DNA of 64,000 bases, from assembly GCA_964344035.1 (NCBI GenBank), contig CAYFLK010000001.1, positions 172 to 64,171 of the forward strand, written 5' to 3'. Shown one piece after another: positions 1 through 9,267 of this stretch. The position numbers and the translations under genes are program-made. The DNA comes from an uncultured Pseudomonadota bacterium (GTDB taxonomy: Bacteria; SAR324; NAC60-12). How positions within the stretch are numbered: the stretch's first letter is position 1; each line of letters begins with the position of its first letter. A model generated the notes under the pieces. It had not been told where the DNA came from and searched no databases. It saw nothing but the letters and a program-made list of their open reading frames with translations.

Positions 1-1295
1 TGATGTGACCAGGCAAGCAGATGTGCGAGGTGTTCCACGTGCGGACCGATGGCCTCCGCGCCGAGCAGCCTTCCGGAACCGCGTTCGGCGTAAACGTGCA
101 ACTGACCGCGGTTTTTCAGCATAATCCTGCTTCGTCCCTGGTTTGCAAACGAAACCTTTCCGGTGACAAATTCCTGTATTTGCAGCTCTTTCCATGACTG
201 TCCAAGCACGGCGATTTGAGGATCACAAAAGACGATGGTAAGCGGAGAACTTCGGCTGCCCTCTTTGACCTCCGGATATCTCCCCGCGTTATCCCCGGCA
301 ATACGTCCTTCATCAGCGGCTTCATGCAGGACCGGGAGTTGGTGGTTCACATCTCCGGCTATAAAAACCGGGCTGTTGCCGCACTGCATCGTATTCGCAT
401 TAAATACCGGAATGCCACGTACATCGCATTCCAGGGATGTGTTTTCCAGTCCAAGGTTGCCGACATTGGGTGAACGCCCCGTAGCCGCCATCACCCGTTC
501 AAAATGTTCTTCAACAATCCTTCCCCCGGAGGAAGTTTCATAGCGTACGAGAACTCGGTCTTCTATCCGCTCTACGGACAGCACTTTGACAGGAGAGGTA
601 AACGGGAATTCGTGCCGAAAAATCAGCTCGGCTGTTTCGATAATTCCGGGGTCAGTGACCGGGCCGGCACGGAGGCTGCGTCCGAAAATCCGGACACGCA
701 CCCCGAGTCGGTGCAGGGCCTGACCGATTTCTAAGCCGATTACTCCCGACCCGAACACCGCGACCGATTCAGGCAGAGATGTCCATTCAAAAACATCGTC
801 ATTGACAGCGAGGCGGTCTCCAAGTTCGTGCAGAAATTCCGGCACGACAGGAGTTGAACCGGTGGCAATCACAACTCGTGCCGCATTCACCCTGGTTTCA
901 TCTACCATCAGTACTCCGTCTTGAAGAAACCTGGCTCTGCCTTTCAGTTGGAAACGTTCTTCAATCGCGTTCACAGATTCCATCACAAACCCGACAAATC
1001 GGTCCCGCTCCCTGCGGACACGGTCCATCACCGCTTCTCCGTCGATATGCACATCACCTGAATGCACTCCGAACCGGGGGGCAATTCCGATTCCATGAGC
1101 CGCTTCCGCCGCCGCGATCAGCAGTTTGCTGGGCATGCAGCCGACTCGTGCGCAGGTGGTGCCATAGGGGCCTTTCTCAATCAACACCAACCGGTCGGTG
1201 TGTTCTTGCGCGGCACGAAATGCCGGCAGTCCGGCAGATCCGGCGCCGATCACCGCAACATCGGCATGCAGTGTTGTTGAACTGATAGTTTGCAC
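1..1295 (-). CDS. FAD-dependent pyridine nucleotide-disulfide oxidoreductase, dihydrolipoyl dehydrogenase family (3' end lies outside window)
   Basis: Own minus-strand translation from GTG at 1293-1295, preceded by AAGGA. N-terminus reads VQTISSTTLHADVAVIGAGSAGLPAF (GxGxxG FAD fold). It then has the redox-disulfide motif GTTCARVGCMPSK. The frame is open to the window edge. The plus-strand ORFs at 216-1285 are shadow frames of this gene. Confidence 0.7.
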   Translation of the reverse strand, partial: MQTISSTTLHADVAVIGAGSAGLPAFRAAQEHTDRLVLIEKGPYGTTCARVGCMPSKLLIAAAEAAHGIGIAPRFGVHSGDVHIDGEAVMDRVRRERDRFVGFVMESVNAIEERFQLKGRARFLQDGVLMVDETRVNAARVVIATGSTPVVPEFLHELGDRLAVNDDVFEWTSLPESVAVFGSGVIGLEIGQALHRLGVRVRIFGRSLRAGPVTDPGIIETAELIFRHEFPFTSPVKVLSVERIEDRVLVRYETSSGGRIVEEHFERVMAATGRSPNVGNLGLENTSLECDVRGIPVFNANTMQCGNSPVFIAGDVNHQLPVLHEAADEGRIAGDNAGRYPEVKEGSRSSPLTIVFCDPQIAVLGQSWKELQIQEFVTGKVSFANQGRSRIMLKNRGQLHVYAERGSGRLLGAEAIGPHVEHLAHLLAWSH

Positions 1296-1400
1296 GTTTT
1301 TCCTTGAGTACTAAGCTTTGTGAAATGGCATGCGACTGCCCGCTTCAACTTGTCTTCTAAGATTCGCAGGCAGGCATAGATGATTTAAGGAGGAATCGCG

Positions 1401-2873
1401 ATGCGTATAAACACGATTCCTGTTGGATTACCTGATTTTAACTCAACCGTGCAAAATCACACTTCAGTTCTAAAACAGACCCCCTTCGGCAAAAGAATAT
1501 TCCCTCCGGACTTAATTCCCGGAAGGAAGCTGAAGGCGTTATTTCTACTGGTTTTCGCATTCATGATTCCGGGCATGTGCCTGGAAAATTCTGTTCCCTT
1601 CCAAAGCCCATCCGGTTATGCCGCGTATCCTCAAAACCCGGCAGAGAACCAGGATTATACCCGACAATCGATTTGGCGGGAGAAAACGCAATTAATCCCC
1701 TCAAGCCATGCGGAAATCACTTTGAACACAATCGGCTGGAAATCGGAAGATGTACATGCCGAATTTCTAAGGGAGCGGCATCCCTATCACATCAATCCCA
1801 TCGGCAGCCAGCTGTTCCGGATTTTTGTGGAATACGATCTTGTCAGCCGCCTGCGATATAAACGTGGCGTCGGACGCCTTTTTGAACACAAAACCGTGCA
1901 TGAACTTTCAGATTATCTGCAACAAAGCCGATGGTATAGGGAAGCATTGAAACGTTACACAACGTACGAGCAATACGGGTTTTCTGAAAACAGGATGGTC
2001 CGCACGCTGCTGGCAATGCACACGAGTGCACATTTTTTCGATGTCCCTTATCCCACCCTGTTTTGTCTTTTTTTTCAGGAATCAAAACTGGATTTCAAGG
2101 CAGTCAGCCGGACCGGAGCGAGGGGGATCGGGCAATTGACCTCGATCGCCTTAAGGGAAATGATCCGCCAAAGGAAAAGAAAAAGCAACGAGCAGCTGCT
2201 GCAAAGCGCTTACAGGCATTTGAACAGCATTTATCACGACCCCCTCATTCATGAGTGGATGGGGGAAATGGGCTTGCATCCGCGCTTCCCTCAACTTGAG
2301 GAACTGCCGAAATCGCTCCTTCCTGTACCTTCCACGCGCATGATCGTGCCGAAGGTCATACGTTCGTTAAAGTCCCGCGGAGCAGCATTTGCAAAAAATA
2401 CGGGGTTGGTGCGGCTGCTGATCCGCAAGGCTCAGTGGGGGGAAACACTGCCAATCCGGTATGCGCAAACACAACAGGTATTTGTGAACGTGCTTGAAAA
2501 AACCCAGGCCCGCAATCCCGCGAGCATACATCATATTGAAACCAATGTACTCCTGTCTTCAATGCTTTTCAGCCGCTATTACCGCTACCGCTGGAGTCAT
2601 CCGAAAGGCGCATTCAGCCTGAATCCCGGGTCCCGGGCACTGCTCGCGGTGGCCGCTTACAATCATGGCCCAAGCGGCGCCCGCCGGTTATTGATTCATT
2701 TACAAAACGAGTTTCCCAAACTGGATTTCGCGGATATTTCCGCGGTGGAATTAGCACGGTTGTTCACACCTATACGTTTGGCGAAGGCGCTGCGCCGGCC
2801 ATATCGAAAAGTCAGGGAGGCCGGCAGACATGTACGCCAAGTACTGCGATGTTCCAACAGCGGGTTCACTTGA
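1401..2873 (+). CDS. lytic transglycosylase (SLT) domain protein
   Basis: 490-aa ORF with the SLT-domain catalytic motif ESKLDFKAVSRTGARGIGQLTSIAL and a downstream AYNHGPSG. N-terminal hydrophobic segment. RBS-like GGAGGA lies upstream. Confidence 0.6.
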   Translation: MRINTIPVGLPDFNSTVQNHTSVLKQTPFGKRIFPPDLIPGRKLKALFLLVFAFMIPGMCLENSVPFQSPSGYAAYPQNPAENQDYTRQSIWREKTQLIPSSHAEITLNTIGWKSEDVHAEFLRERHPYHINPIGSQLFRIFVEYDLVSRLRYKRGVGRLFEHKTVHELSDYLQQSRWYREALKRYTTYEQYGFSENRMVRTLLAMHTSAHFFDVPYPTLFCLFFQESKLDFKAVSRTGARGIGQLTSIALREMIRQRKRKSNEQLLQSAYRHLNSIYHDPLIHEWMGEMGLHPRFPQLEELPKSLLPVPSTRMIVPKVIRSLKSRGAAFAKNTGLVRLLIRKAQWGETLPIRYAQTQQVFVNVLEKTQARNPASIHHIETNVLLSSMLFSRYYRYRWSHPKGAFSLNPGSRALLAVAAYNHGPSGARRLLIHLQNEFPKLDFADISAVELARLFTPIRLAKALRRPYRKVREAGRHVRQVLRCSNSGFT

Positions 2874-2893
2874 AGTTGTAGGGATGAACAAAA

Positions 2894-4594
2894 TCATTGA
2901 CCTGTTTTTGCGGGCAGACGATAGAGCACGAATTCCCCGGCATCACGGTCCCGTTTCAACAAAGGATGTTCGCGGATCAGGCTTTGCTCGTGTTTCTTTT
3001 TGGTAATCACGGAAATTGTTCGATTCCCCTTCGTATCGAGAATGGTTGGATCTCCCGGGAATTTATAGGTATGCAGCATGGTGATCGGCCGCCTGCCGTA
3101 AAACAGTGCGGCAAATGAAACGTAGCGGTAAAACACAAGGTGCTGCTTCTCCCTGTGCACTTCTTCAACCAGCGATAGCATCGGGTCCTGCAAGTAACTT
3201 AGCCCGAGAGGAACCTGGTACCTCCACAAACCCTGGGTCCAAAAGAGCATGCCTACGGCCATCAACGCAATTCCGGATTTCATCCATTTCAGGGCACAAG
3301 CGGCGCTTCCCAAAACAAACAGCAACAGCATCATGATCCCACACCAGTATATGGCCGCGGGAATAGCCCAATTGAACCCCGGAGTCACCTTCTCAATTTC
3401 ATTCTGTGCGAGATGGGGAAAAACCATGAACCCAACCGCAAGCAACACGCCGGTGAGTGGCAGCAATATCCAGAACCAGGGTGGGAAAACTGCTCCGGTA
3501 CGCATGCGGCTTTCCAGCATCGAAGCAGCCCACAGGGAAAGGGGGATGTAGACGGAGGCCGAGTAATGCGGAAGTTTCGTGCTAACCAGCGAAAAAAGGG
3601 CCAGCACGAACAGCACCCAACTAGCCGAAAGTCTCAGCAGCGGTGAAATCGTTGAATCGAAGCTGCCCGGTTTGAAAGGTCCGAGAAGCAGAACCGCTGT
3701 CCAAGGAAGCATGCCAAACAGGGCAGTCAGCCAGTGGTAATAAAACGGTCCGGTGTGTCCTTCCAGGGGACGGTTGAAAAGCATAAGCTGAAACCGGACA
3801 AAGCCCTTGATAAACTCGCTGCCATGGACCACCCAGTTTGCAGCGTACCAGGAACAAGCGACAGAAAGCGACAAAACTCCGCAAAAGATAAAATGCGTGA
3901 TCGGCACTTTGGGTTGGGGCGATAGAATCTTGTAACCCGCAAAAGCAACCAATGGGATTACTCCGCCAAGGGGGCCCTTGGTGAGCACAGCCAGTCCCAT
4001 GAAAATGCTTGCCGCAGTAAGCATGAACCAGTGCGACGTGAAGACCGGAGTGAGGGTAGAATGAAAATTGTCGTTTCCGGTACCGAATTTGTCCTTGTAC
4101 GGAGTGCTAACTTTTTGCCGCTGAAAAATGGAGTCATATGCGAGTAGGAGGCAGGCGGACAGGGCGATGAAGAGGTTAAATGTGTGATCGATCACCGCAC
4201 TGCGGGCGAACACGCCCGGCAAGAGGGACGTCAGGAATATCAGCCCCCAGAGCATTCCAAGGCGGTGTGAAAAAGCCAGGCGGCCAGCAGTATAACAAAC
4301 AATTGTCAGCAGCAGGCCGGAGACCGCCGAAGGAAACCTGGCGGCAAATTCACTTATGCCAAATAGATGATAGGCCGCTGATTGCAGCCAGAAGAAAAGA
4401 GGGGGTTTTTCCGCGAAAGGGTGATTGTTAATGGTGATGTTGAGATAGTCCCCCCGCAACACCATTTGACGGCTGGCTTCCGCATAGATGTTCTCGTCCC
4501 AGTCGATTAGTTCCGCGCTGTCAAGTCCCGGAAACAGCAGTATCAGGGCTAGAAGGACGAGAAAAAGCAGTTGCAGTCCTTCTGCTTGCCTCAC
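2894..4594 (-). CDS. ArnT/PMT_2-like glycosyltransferase (GT83/GT39 family; polyprenyl-phosphate sugar:acceptor transferase)
   Basis: 566 aa, multi-TM. N-terminal signature DWDENIYAEASRQM...GDYL...HPFAEKPPLFFWL matches ArnT/PMT-family loop 1. Overlaps the upstream gene by 4 nt, indicating operonic coupling. Confidence 0.7.
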   Translation of the reverse strand: MRQAEGLQLLFLVLLALILLFPGLDSAELIDWDENIYAEASRQMVLRGDYLNITINNHPFAEKPPLFFWLQSAAYHLFGISEFAARFPSAVSGLLLTIVCYTAGRLAFSHRLGMLWGLIFLTSLLPGVFARSAVIDHTFNLFIALSACLLLAYDSIFQRQKVSTPYKDKFGTGNDNFHSTLTPVFTSHWFMLTAASIFMGLAVLTKGPLGGVIPLVAFAGYKILSPQPKVPITHFIFCGVLSLSVACSWYAANWVVHGSEFIKGFVRFQLMLFNRPLEGHTGPFYYHWLTALFGMLPWTAVLLLGPFKPGSFDSTISPLLRLSASWVLFVLALFSLVSTKLPHYSASVYIPLSLWAASMLESRMRTGAVFPPWFWILLPLTGVLLAVGFMVFPHLAQNEIEKVTPGFNWAIPAAIYWCGIMMLLLFVLGSAACALKWMKSGIALMAVGMLFWTQGLWRYQVPLGLSYLQDPMLSLVEEVHREKQHLVFYRYVSFAALFYGRRPITMLHTYKFPGDPTILDTKGNRTISVITKKKHEQSLIREHPLLKRDRDAGEFVLYRLPAKTGQ

Positions 4595-6093
4595 GATCCA
4601 GCGCCTTTTTCCAGTCCCGCATCGGAAATTCCTGTCGCCATGCGGATATGCCTACGCTCCCCTTTTTCATCAAACATCTGCAACTGCCCGATTAGTATAG
4701 GCACCACTCGCTCCATTAACTCCCCTTTGACGTCTGAATCTAAATTTATCTGGTGCAGGGGCAGTTTCAAACGCACCTCATAAGGCGAATGCAGGAAAAC
4801 AAGGTGGCGGGTCGTCTGTTCCGTGTTAGCGAAGGAAGGATCACGGTGCAGTGTATTCCCGTTGTTAAAAACTGCGAATCCGTCAATTCCAACCAGCATG
4901 CACCAGAAACTGAAGCTGCGGAAAAGCTCGTCCAGGGTTTGGTCCTTGAGCAGGAACATATCCATGTTTTCCGAAATGCTCAGCATCAGGTTGCGTTGAC
5001 GTTTCATCCGGGGCTGCTTGCGCAGAGAGGCAAAAGGTTTTTTGATGATGTCATATTCCAGCGTAAGCAGCACCAGGTACGCAAGTAGAACCGCGGCAAG
5101 ATACAGGTAGGTGTGTAGGGCGGAGTCCAAGTGATAGATGCTGACCGCCAGTCCTCCGAAGACCAGGCTGACCATGAACAGGAAAAGAATTGCTTGCCAT
5201 GTTGAGAGTCCGCGGTTGAGCAGCCGGTGATGAAAGTGGTCCCGGTCAGCGGAATAAAACGGAATGCCGCGAAGATAACGTCTGAACAAAGAAAAGGAGG
5301 TATCCAGGATTGGAACTGCAAGAATAAGCACCGGCACCAGATTGACTGCCCCGCTTCCGGGCGCAGCCACTGACCGGAGGGAAAGTACGGCCAGCATGTA
5401 CCCGAGAAAAAGGCTTCCGGAATCACCCATGAACAAAGCCGCCGGGGGATTGTTGAACAGCCAGAAACCAAGAGTTGCGCCAAGAAGCGCAGCACACAGA
5501 ATCAATTCAACTTCTCTTCCATGGATAAAGGAGATATATCCCAAAAAACAAAGAGCGATCAAGGATATGCCTGAGGCAAGTCCGTCGAGGCCATCCACCA
5601 GGTTGACCGCGTTCATAATGCCGATGATCCAGAATAATGTCAGTGGGAACCCCATCCAGCCCAATTGCAGATTTGCGCCGAACAACGGCAAATCAAGCGT
5701 GTGTACCCGCAACCCGAAATAGCTTACCATTGCACCGATGAGGATCTGCCCCATCAATTTGTACCGCGCGCGAATTGGCCAGAGATCGTCAGCCAGTCCT
5801 AAAAGGAATGCTCCCAATGCCCCCGTCAGCAGGACAGGATCAGCGAGAAATTCAGGGCCGATGCCCCTTTCTGATGCGGGGAGCAGAAAAATGACCACAA
5901 CAGTCAGAAAAAAAGCACCGGCGATACCCAATCCTCCGAAACGTGAAATATTGCCACGGTGCTGGTCCCGCAGGCTTTGCGCTCGTGCAGTCTGTCGATG
6001 GCCGCTCATCCTGAAAAACACTATCAGTATCAATGCCGTGCTGAGTACAAGGCCGATGGTGAAGGTAAAGATGAGCAGTTTGGTGAGAGTCAT
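4591..6093 (-). CDS. WecA/MraY-family polyprenyl-phosphate sugar-1-phosphate transferase with ~170-aa extra C-terminal domain
   Basis: 500 aa. Conserved GT4-family motifs are present: DDLWPIRARYK, NAVNLVDGLDGLA, FMGDSGSLFLG, DRDHFHHRLL. The C-terminal ~170 aa after the last TM has no recognisable motif. Confidence 0.75.
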   Translation of the reverse strand: MTLTKLLIFTFTIGLVLSTALILIVFFRMSGHRQTARAQSLRDQHRGNISRFGGLGIAGAFFLTVVVIFLLPASERGIGPEFLADPVLLTGALGAFLLGLADDLWPIRARYKLMGQILIGAMVSYFGLRVHTLDLPLFGANLQLGWMGFPLTLFWIIGIMNAVNLVDGLDGLASGISLIALCFLGYISFIHGREVELILCAALLGATLGFWLFNNPPAALFMGDSGSLFLGYMLAVLSLRSVAAPGSGAVNLVPVLILAVPILDTSFSLFRRYLRGIPFYSADRDHFHHRLLNRGLSTWQAILFLFMVSLVFGGLAVSIYHLDSALHTYLYLAAVLLAYLVLLTLEYDIIKKPFASLRKQPRMKRQRNLMLSISENMDMFLLKDQTLDELFRSFSFWCMLVGIDGFAVFNNGNTLHRDPSFANTEQTTRHLVFLHSPYEVRLKLPLHQINLDSDVKGELMERVVPILIGQLQMFDEKGERRHIRMATGISDAGLEKGAGS

Positions 6094-6168
6094 GATAATA
6101 GATGAAAAACAGAGGGTTAGCGCACAACTAAGATACGCCAGTCATACAACCCTCGCAAGTCTTATGCC

Positions 6169-8013
6169 CTATTGATATCCGGATGCCTGAAGTTGAAACA
6201 ATTCCGCGTAGTGTCCCTGTTCCTTCAGCAGCTGTTCATGCGGACCGTCTTCAAGCAGTTTTCCCATGTGCAGCACCAGGATCCGGTCGGCCATGCGTAC
6301 GGTTGAGAAACGGTGGGAAATGAGCACGGCACATTTTTCGCGTGTCAATTCCACGAAGCGGCTGAAGATCTGGTGCTCAGCACGCGCGTCAAGGGCCGCG
6401 GTGGGTTCATCGAGGATCAGCAGTTCTGCGTCCCGCATGTATGCGCGTGCGAGGGCGATCTTCTGCCACTCTCCCCCGGAAAGGTTGGTGCCATGCCGGA
6501 ACCAGCGCCCTATGCGCTGATCATAACCATCTGGAAGACGCGCGATGACAGTGTCCGCGAGACTTCGTCGTGCGGCCTCGACTATCCTGTTCCGATTATT
6601 CAATTCCTCGATGCGGCCGACAGCGATGTTTTCCGAGGCTGTCAGGTGATACTTGACAAAATCCTGGAATATTACTCCAACAGAGTGACGCAGTTCATCC
6701 AGATCATACTCCCTCAGGTCCCGTCCGTCCAAAAGTATCCTTCCGCTGCTGGGATCATGCAGCCTGGTAAAAAGCTTGACCAGTGTTGTCTTGCCGGCGC
6801 CGTTCTCCCCGACGAGAGCCAGCTTCTCCCGAGACCGCAGTTTAAAAGAAACCCGGTTCAATACCATTTGATCGCTGTTCGGGTAATGAAAACTTACGTT
6901 TTCAAAAACGAAGCCCTGCCTCACCGGGGAAGGGAACCGAATGGCTTTGGGGGGTGTTTTCACTTGCGGTTCGAGCGCGAGGAAATCGAACAGGTCACTC
7001 AGATAAAGGGCGCTTTCGGCTATGGCTGAAAAACGGTTCAGCAGGCTTTCCATCAGGGTGCGCATGCGCAAAAATGAGCCGGAGAGAAAAGTCAGGTCTC
7101 CGAGGCTGAGACGCCCCTGCACGGTTTGGTAGATGATCACCGCGTAAGCAGTGTAATAACCTATGCTGCCGATGACCGAAAGCGAGCCCCCCCAGGCCGC
7201 TCTCCGCAGCGACAATGACCGGTTTACGCTATAAAATTCACTTGCCAGTCTGCGGTAGCGGGACTGAAGAAAATTCGACAAGCCGAAAATTTTCACTTCC
7301 TTTGCGGTTTCATCGCTGGCGCCGGCAAAGCGCAGGTAATCCAGCTCGCGTCTCTCCTCTGTCCATCCGTACATCAGCGAATAACTGAGCCCGGTGAAAT
7401 GGGTTTCCCCCAGAAACGCTGGAATCAGGGCGATTGCCAGAAAGAGCAGCAGCCACGCGTTAAAGGCAATAAGGGCTACCGAAAGGGAGACCACCGTCAT
7501 CATGTCCTGAACCTGGTTCAAGGTCTGGGACATCAGCAGGATGCGGTTAGAGGCTTGACGGCGGGCGCGCTCCAGTTTGTCGTAAAACTCGGAGTCCTCG
7601 AAATGCGCAATGTCCAGCATCGCCGCATGGTCCATCAGCTTGAGTGAAATGTCGTGTGAAACCAGATCACCCAGCAAACTGTCCACCACCGCAATCCCTC
7701 GTCCGGTCATGTCAGTCAAAGCCGCAAGTGCCAGTTCTATACCGACCAAGGTCCAAATATGGTTGAAATCAGGCGATTCCTGGTTTATCAGCCAAACCAC
7801 TTCATCGATGATCAGCTTGCCGACATACAGCATCCCGAGAGGTAGCAGGGCACGGACAATCCTGAGCAGCACGTTCGTCGCGCTAAGTCCCCGGTTGCAG
7901 GACCAGATCAGCATTATGAACCGGGGGAGGTTTCTCAGCGCGGACAATCTTTCAGCAACACTCAACTCCAGTTTGCTGCCATGTGGACCCCCTCGGGATT
8001 TGGAATGTGCCAT
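6169..8013 (-). CDS. ABC transporter permease/ATP-binding protein (MsbA-like exporter)
   Basis: 614 aa with an N-terminal 6-TM domain. Walker A GENGAGKTT, signature LSGGEWQKIALARA, Walker B LLILDEPTAALD. Confidence 0.85.
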   Translation of the reverse strand: MAHSKSRGGPHGSKLELSVAERLSALRNLPRFIMLIWSCNRGLSATNVLLRIVRALLPLGMLYVGKLIIDEVVWLINQESPDFNHIWTLVGIELALAALTDMTGRGIAVVDSLLGDLVSHDISLKLMDHAAMLDIAHFEDSEFYDKLERARRQASNRILLMSQTLNQVQDMMTVVSLSVALIAFNAWLLLFLAIALIPAFLGETHFTGLSYSLMYGWTEERRELDYLRFAGASDETAKEVKIFGLSNFLQSRYRRLASEFYSVNRSLSLRRAAWGGSLSVIGSIGYYTAYAVIIYQTVQGRLSLGDLTFLSGSFLRMRTLMESLLNRFSAIAESALYLSDLFDFLALEPQVKTPPKAIRFPSPVRQGFVFENVSFHYPNSDQMVLNRVSFKLRSREKLALVGENGAGKTTLVKLFTRLHDPSSGRILLDGRDLREYDLDELRHSVGVIFQDFVKYHLTASENIAVGRIEELNNRNRIVEAARRSLADTVIARLPDGYDQRIGRWFRHGTNLSGGEWQKIALARAYMRDAELLILDEPTAALDARAEHQIFSRFVELTREKCAVLISHRFSTVRMADRILVLHMGKLLEDGPHEQLLKEQGHYAELFQLQASGYQ

Positions 8014-8116
8014 AACTAAAATTGTCGGCCGGGAAACGATGCGCGCCGCACTCTTCCAGGAAGCACCGGATTCTTATTTGGGGGGAGGACTGGATGCACA
8101 GGAATATAACGCGAAG

Positions 8117-8737
8117 TCATCCTGAATGTGAACGAATGGCAGGATCCCAATCCGGGGCAGTGTAAAGAGTGTTTATCAATTGAACGGGATATTCGATCAG
8201 GTCCCACATGTCCATGTGTTTTTGGGCCATGAATTTTTCGCTGATTGCCTGTTTCATCATGTCCTGGAAAACGTTGAAATATCCACGGGTATTGACCAAC
8301 ACAATCGGGCCGAGATAAAGTCCCAGTCTTTTCCAGGTCAAGGCTTCCATGAGTTCCTCGTACGTTCCGCATCCGCCCGGAAGTGCGACTATGCCGTCAA
8401 CTTCCTCAATCATCATGCGCTTGCGCTCATGCAGATCATTAACGATATGCAGTTCGCTCAGCCCTGGGTGTCCCCATTCAAGTTTGTGCATGAATTGCGG
8501 AAGCACCCCGATCACCCTTCCTCCTGCTTCCAGTGCACCGTCGGCAAGGGCGCCCATCGAACCGACCGAACCGCCCCCGTACACAACGCACACTTCGTGC
8601 TGTGCTAGAATTCGTCCGGTTTCCGCGGCAATGACGCGGAATTCCTGAGCGGGCAGAGTGCTTGACGCGCAATAGACGCAGACTCTTCGCAGCAGCCTGC
8701 GCTTTTGATTTAATGCCGTAAAGTTCGTTTCTTCCAT
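8117..8737 (-). CDS. LOG family protein (cytokinin riboside 5'-monophosphate phosphoribohydrolase-like)
   Basis: 206 aa with LOG signatures VYGGGSVGSMGALADGAL and ALPGGCGTYEELMEALTW. Confidence 0.85.
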   Translation of the reverse strand: MEETNFTALNQKRRLLRRVCVYCASSTLPAQEFRVIAAETGRILAQHEVCVVYGGGSVGSMGALADGALEAGGRVIGVLPQFMHKLEWGHPGLSELHIVNDLHERKRMMIEEVDGIVALPGGCGTYEELMEALTWKRLGLYLGPIVLVNTRGYFNVFQDMMKQAISEKFMAQKHMDMWDLIEYPVQLINTLYTAPDWDPAIRSHSG

Positions 8738-8768
8738 AAATGAATCTACTTCTTTTTTTCCGGATTGC

Positions 8769-9254
8769 TTAGAGCAGGCGGTACATCACATGGGCGTCCA
8801 CCAGTCCGTGGTTGGGATGATTGAACGCTTCCGGGAGCGTGCCTATAATCTGGAAACCCATGGCCTGCCACAAGCGAACAGCCCCGGAGTTGGTTGAAAC
8901 CACGAGGTTATACTGCATTGCGTGAAATCCCAGTGCTGCCGCGGTTTCCAGTGAATGTGCGCACATTTTCCTGCCGATGCCCGACCCGCGTCGGTTTGCG
9001 GAAACCATGTAGCCGACGTTGCACACGTGGCTTCCATTTCCCGGATGGTTGGGTTTAATGTAATACGTCCCAAGGACAGCACCTCCCGCTTTTGCCACAT
9101 AAGTTGCCGAGGGATGATCCATCCATGTCATGTATAATTCCACCTCTGTGGAATCAATGGGCAGGGCATAGGTTTCCCCTTTCCGGACCACTTCTTTAAT
9201 GATCGGCCATATCCGAGGCCAATCTTCTTCTTCCGCAAGCTCGATTTTCAGCAT
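8769..9254 (-). CDS. GNAT family N-acetyltransferase
   Basis: 161 aa. Acetyl-CoA binding motif RRGSGIGRKM (Q/RxxGxG/A) and typical GNAT length. Confidence 0.8.
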   Translation of the reverse strand: MLKIELAEEEDWPRIWPIIKEVVRKGETYALPIDSTEVELYMTWMDHPSATYVAKAGGAVLGTYYIKPNHPGNGSHVCNVGYMVSANRRGSGIGRKMCAHSLETAAALGFHAMQYNLVVSTNSGAVRLWQAMGFQIIGTLPEAFNHPNHGLVDAHVMYRLL

Positions 9255-9267
9255 TTCAGGTCACACG

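Noticed and set aside
216-1285. Six plus-strand ORFs of 72-143 aa in the first 1.3 kb
   Set aside because: They overlap a long, motif-rich minus-strand oxidoreductase gene that is open to the window edge. They are low-complexity Arg/Ser/Pro-rich shadow frames.
8016-8372. 118-aa minus-strand ORF
   Set aside because: It overlaps the LOG-family gene in another frame. It has no motif and a Pro/Arg/Gly-rich shadow composition.
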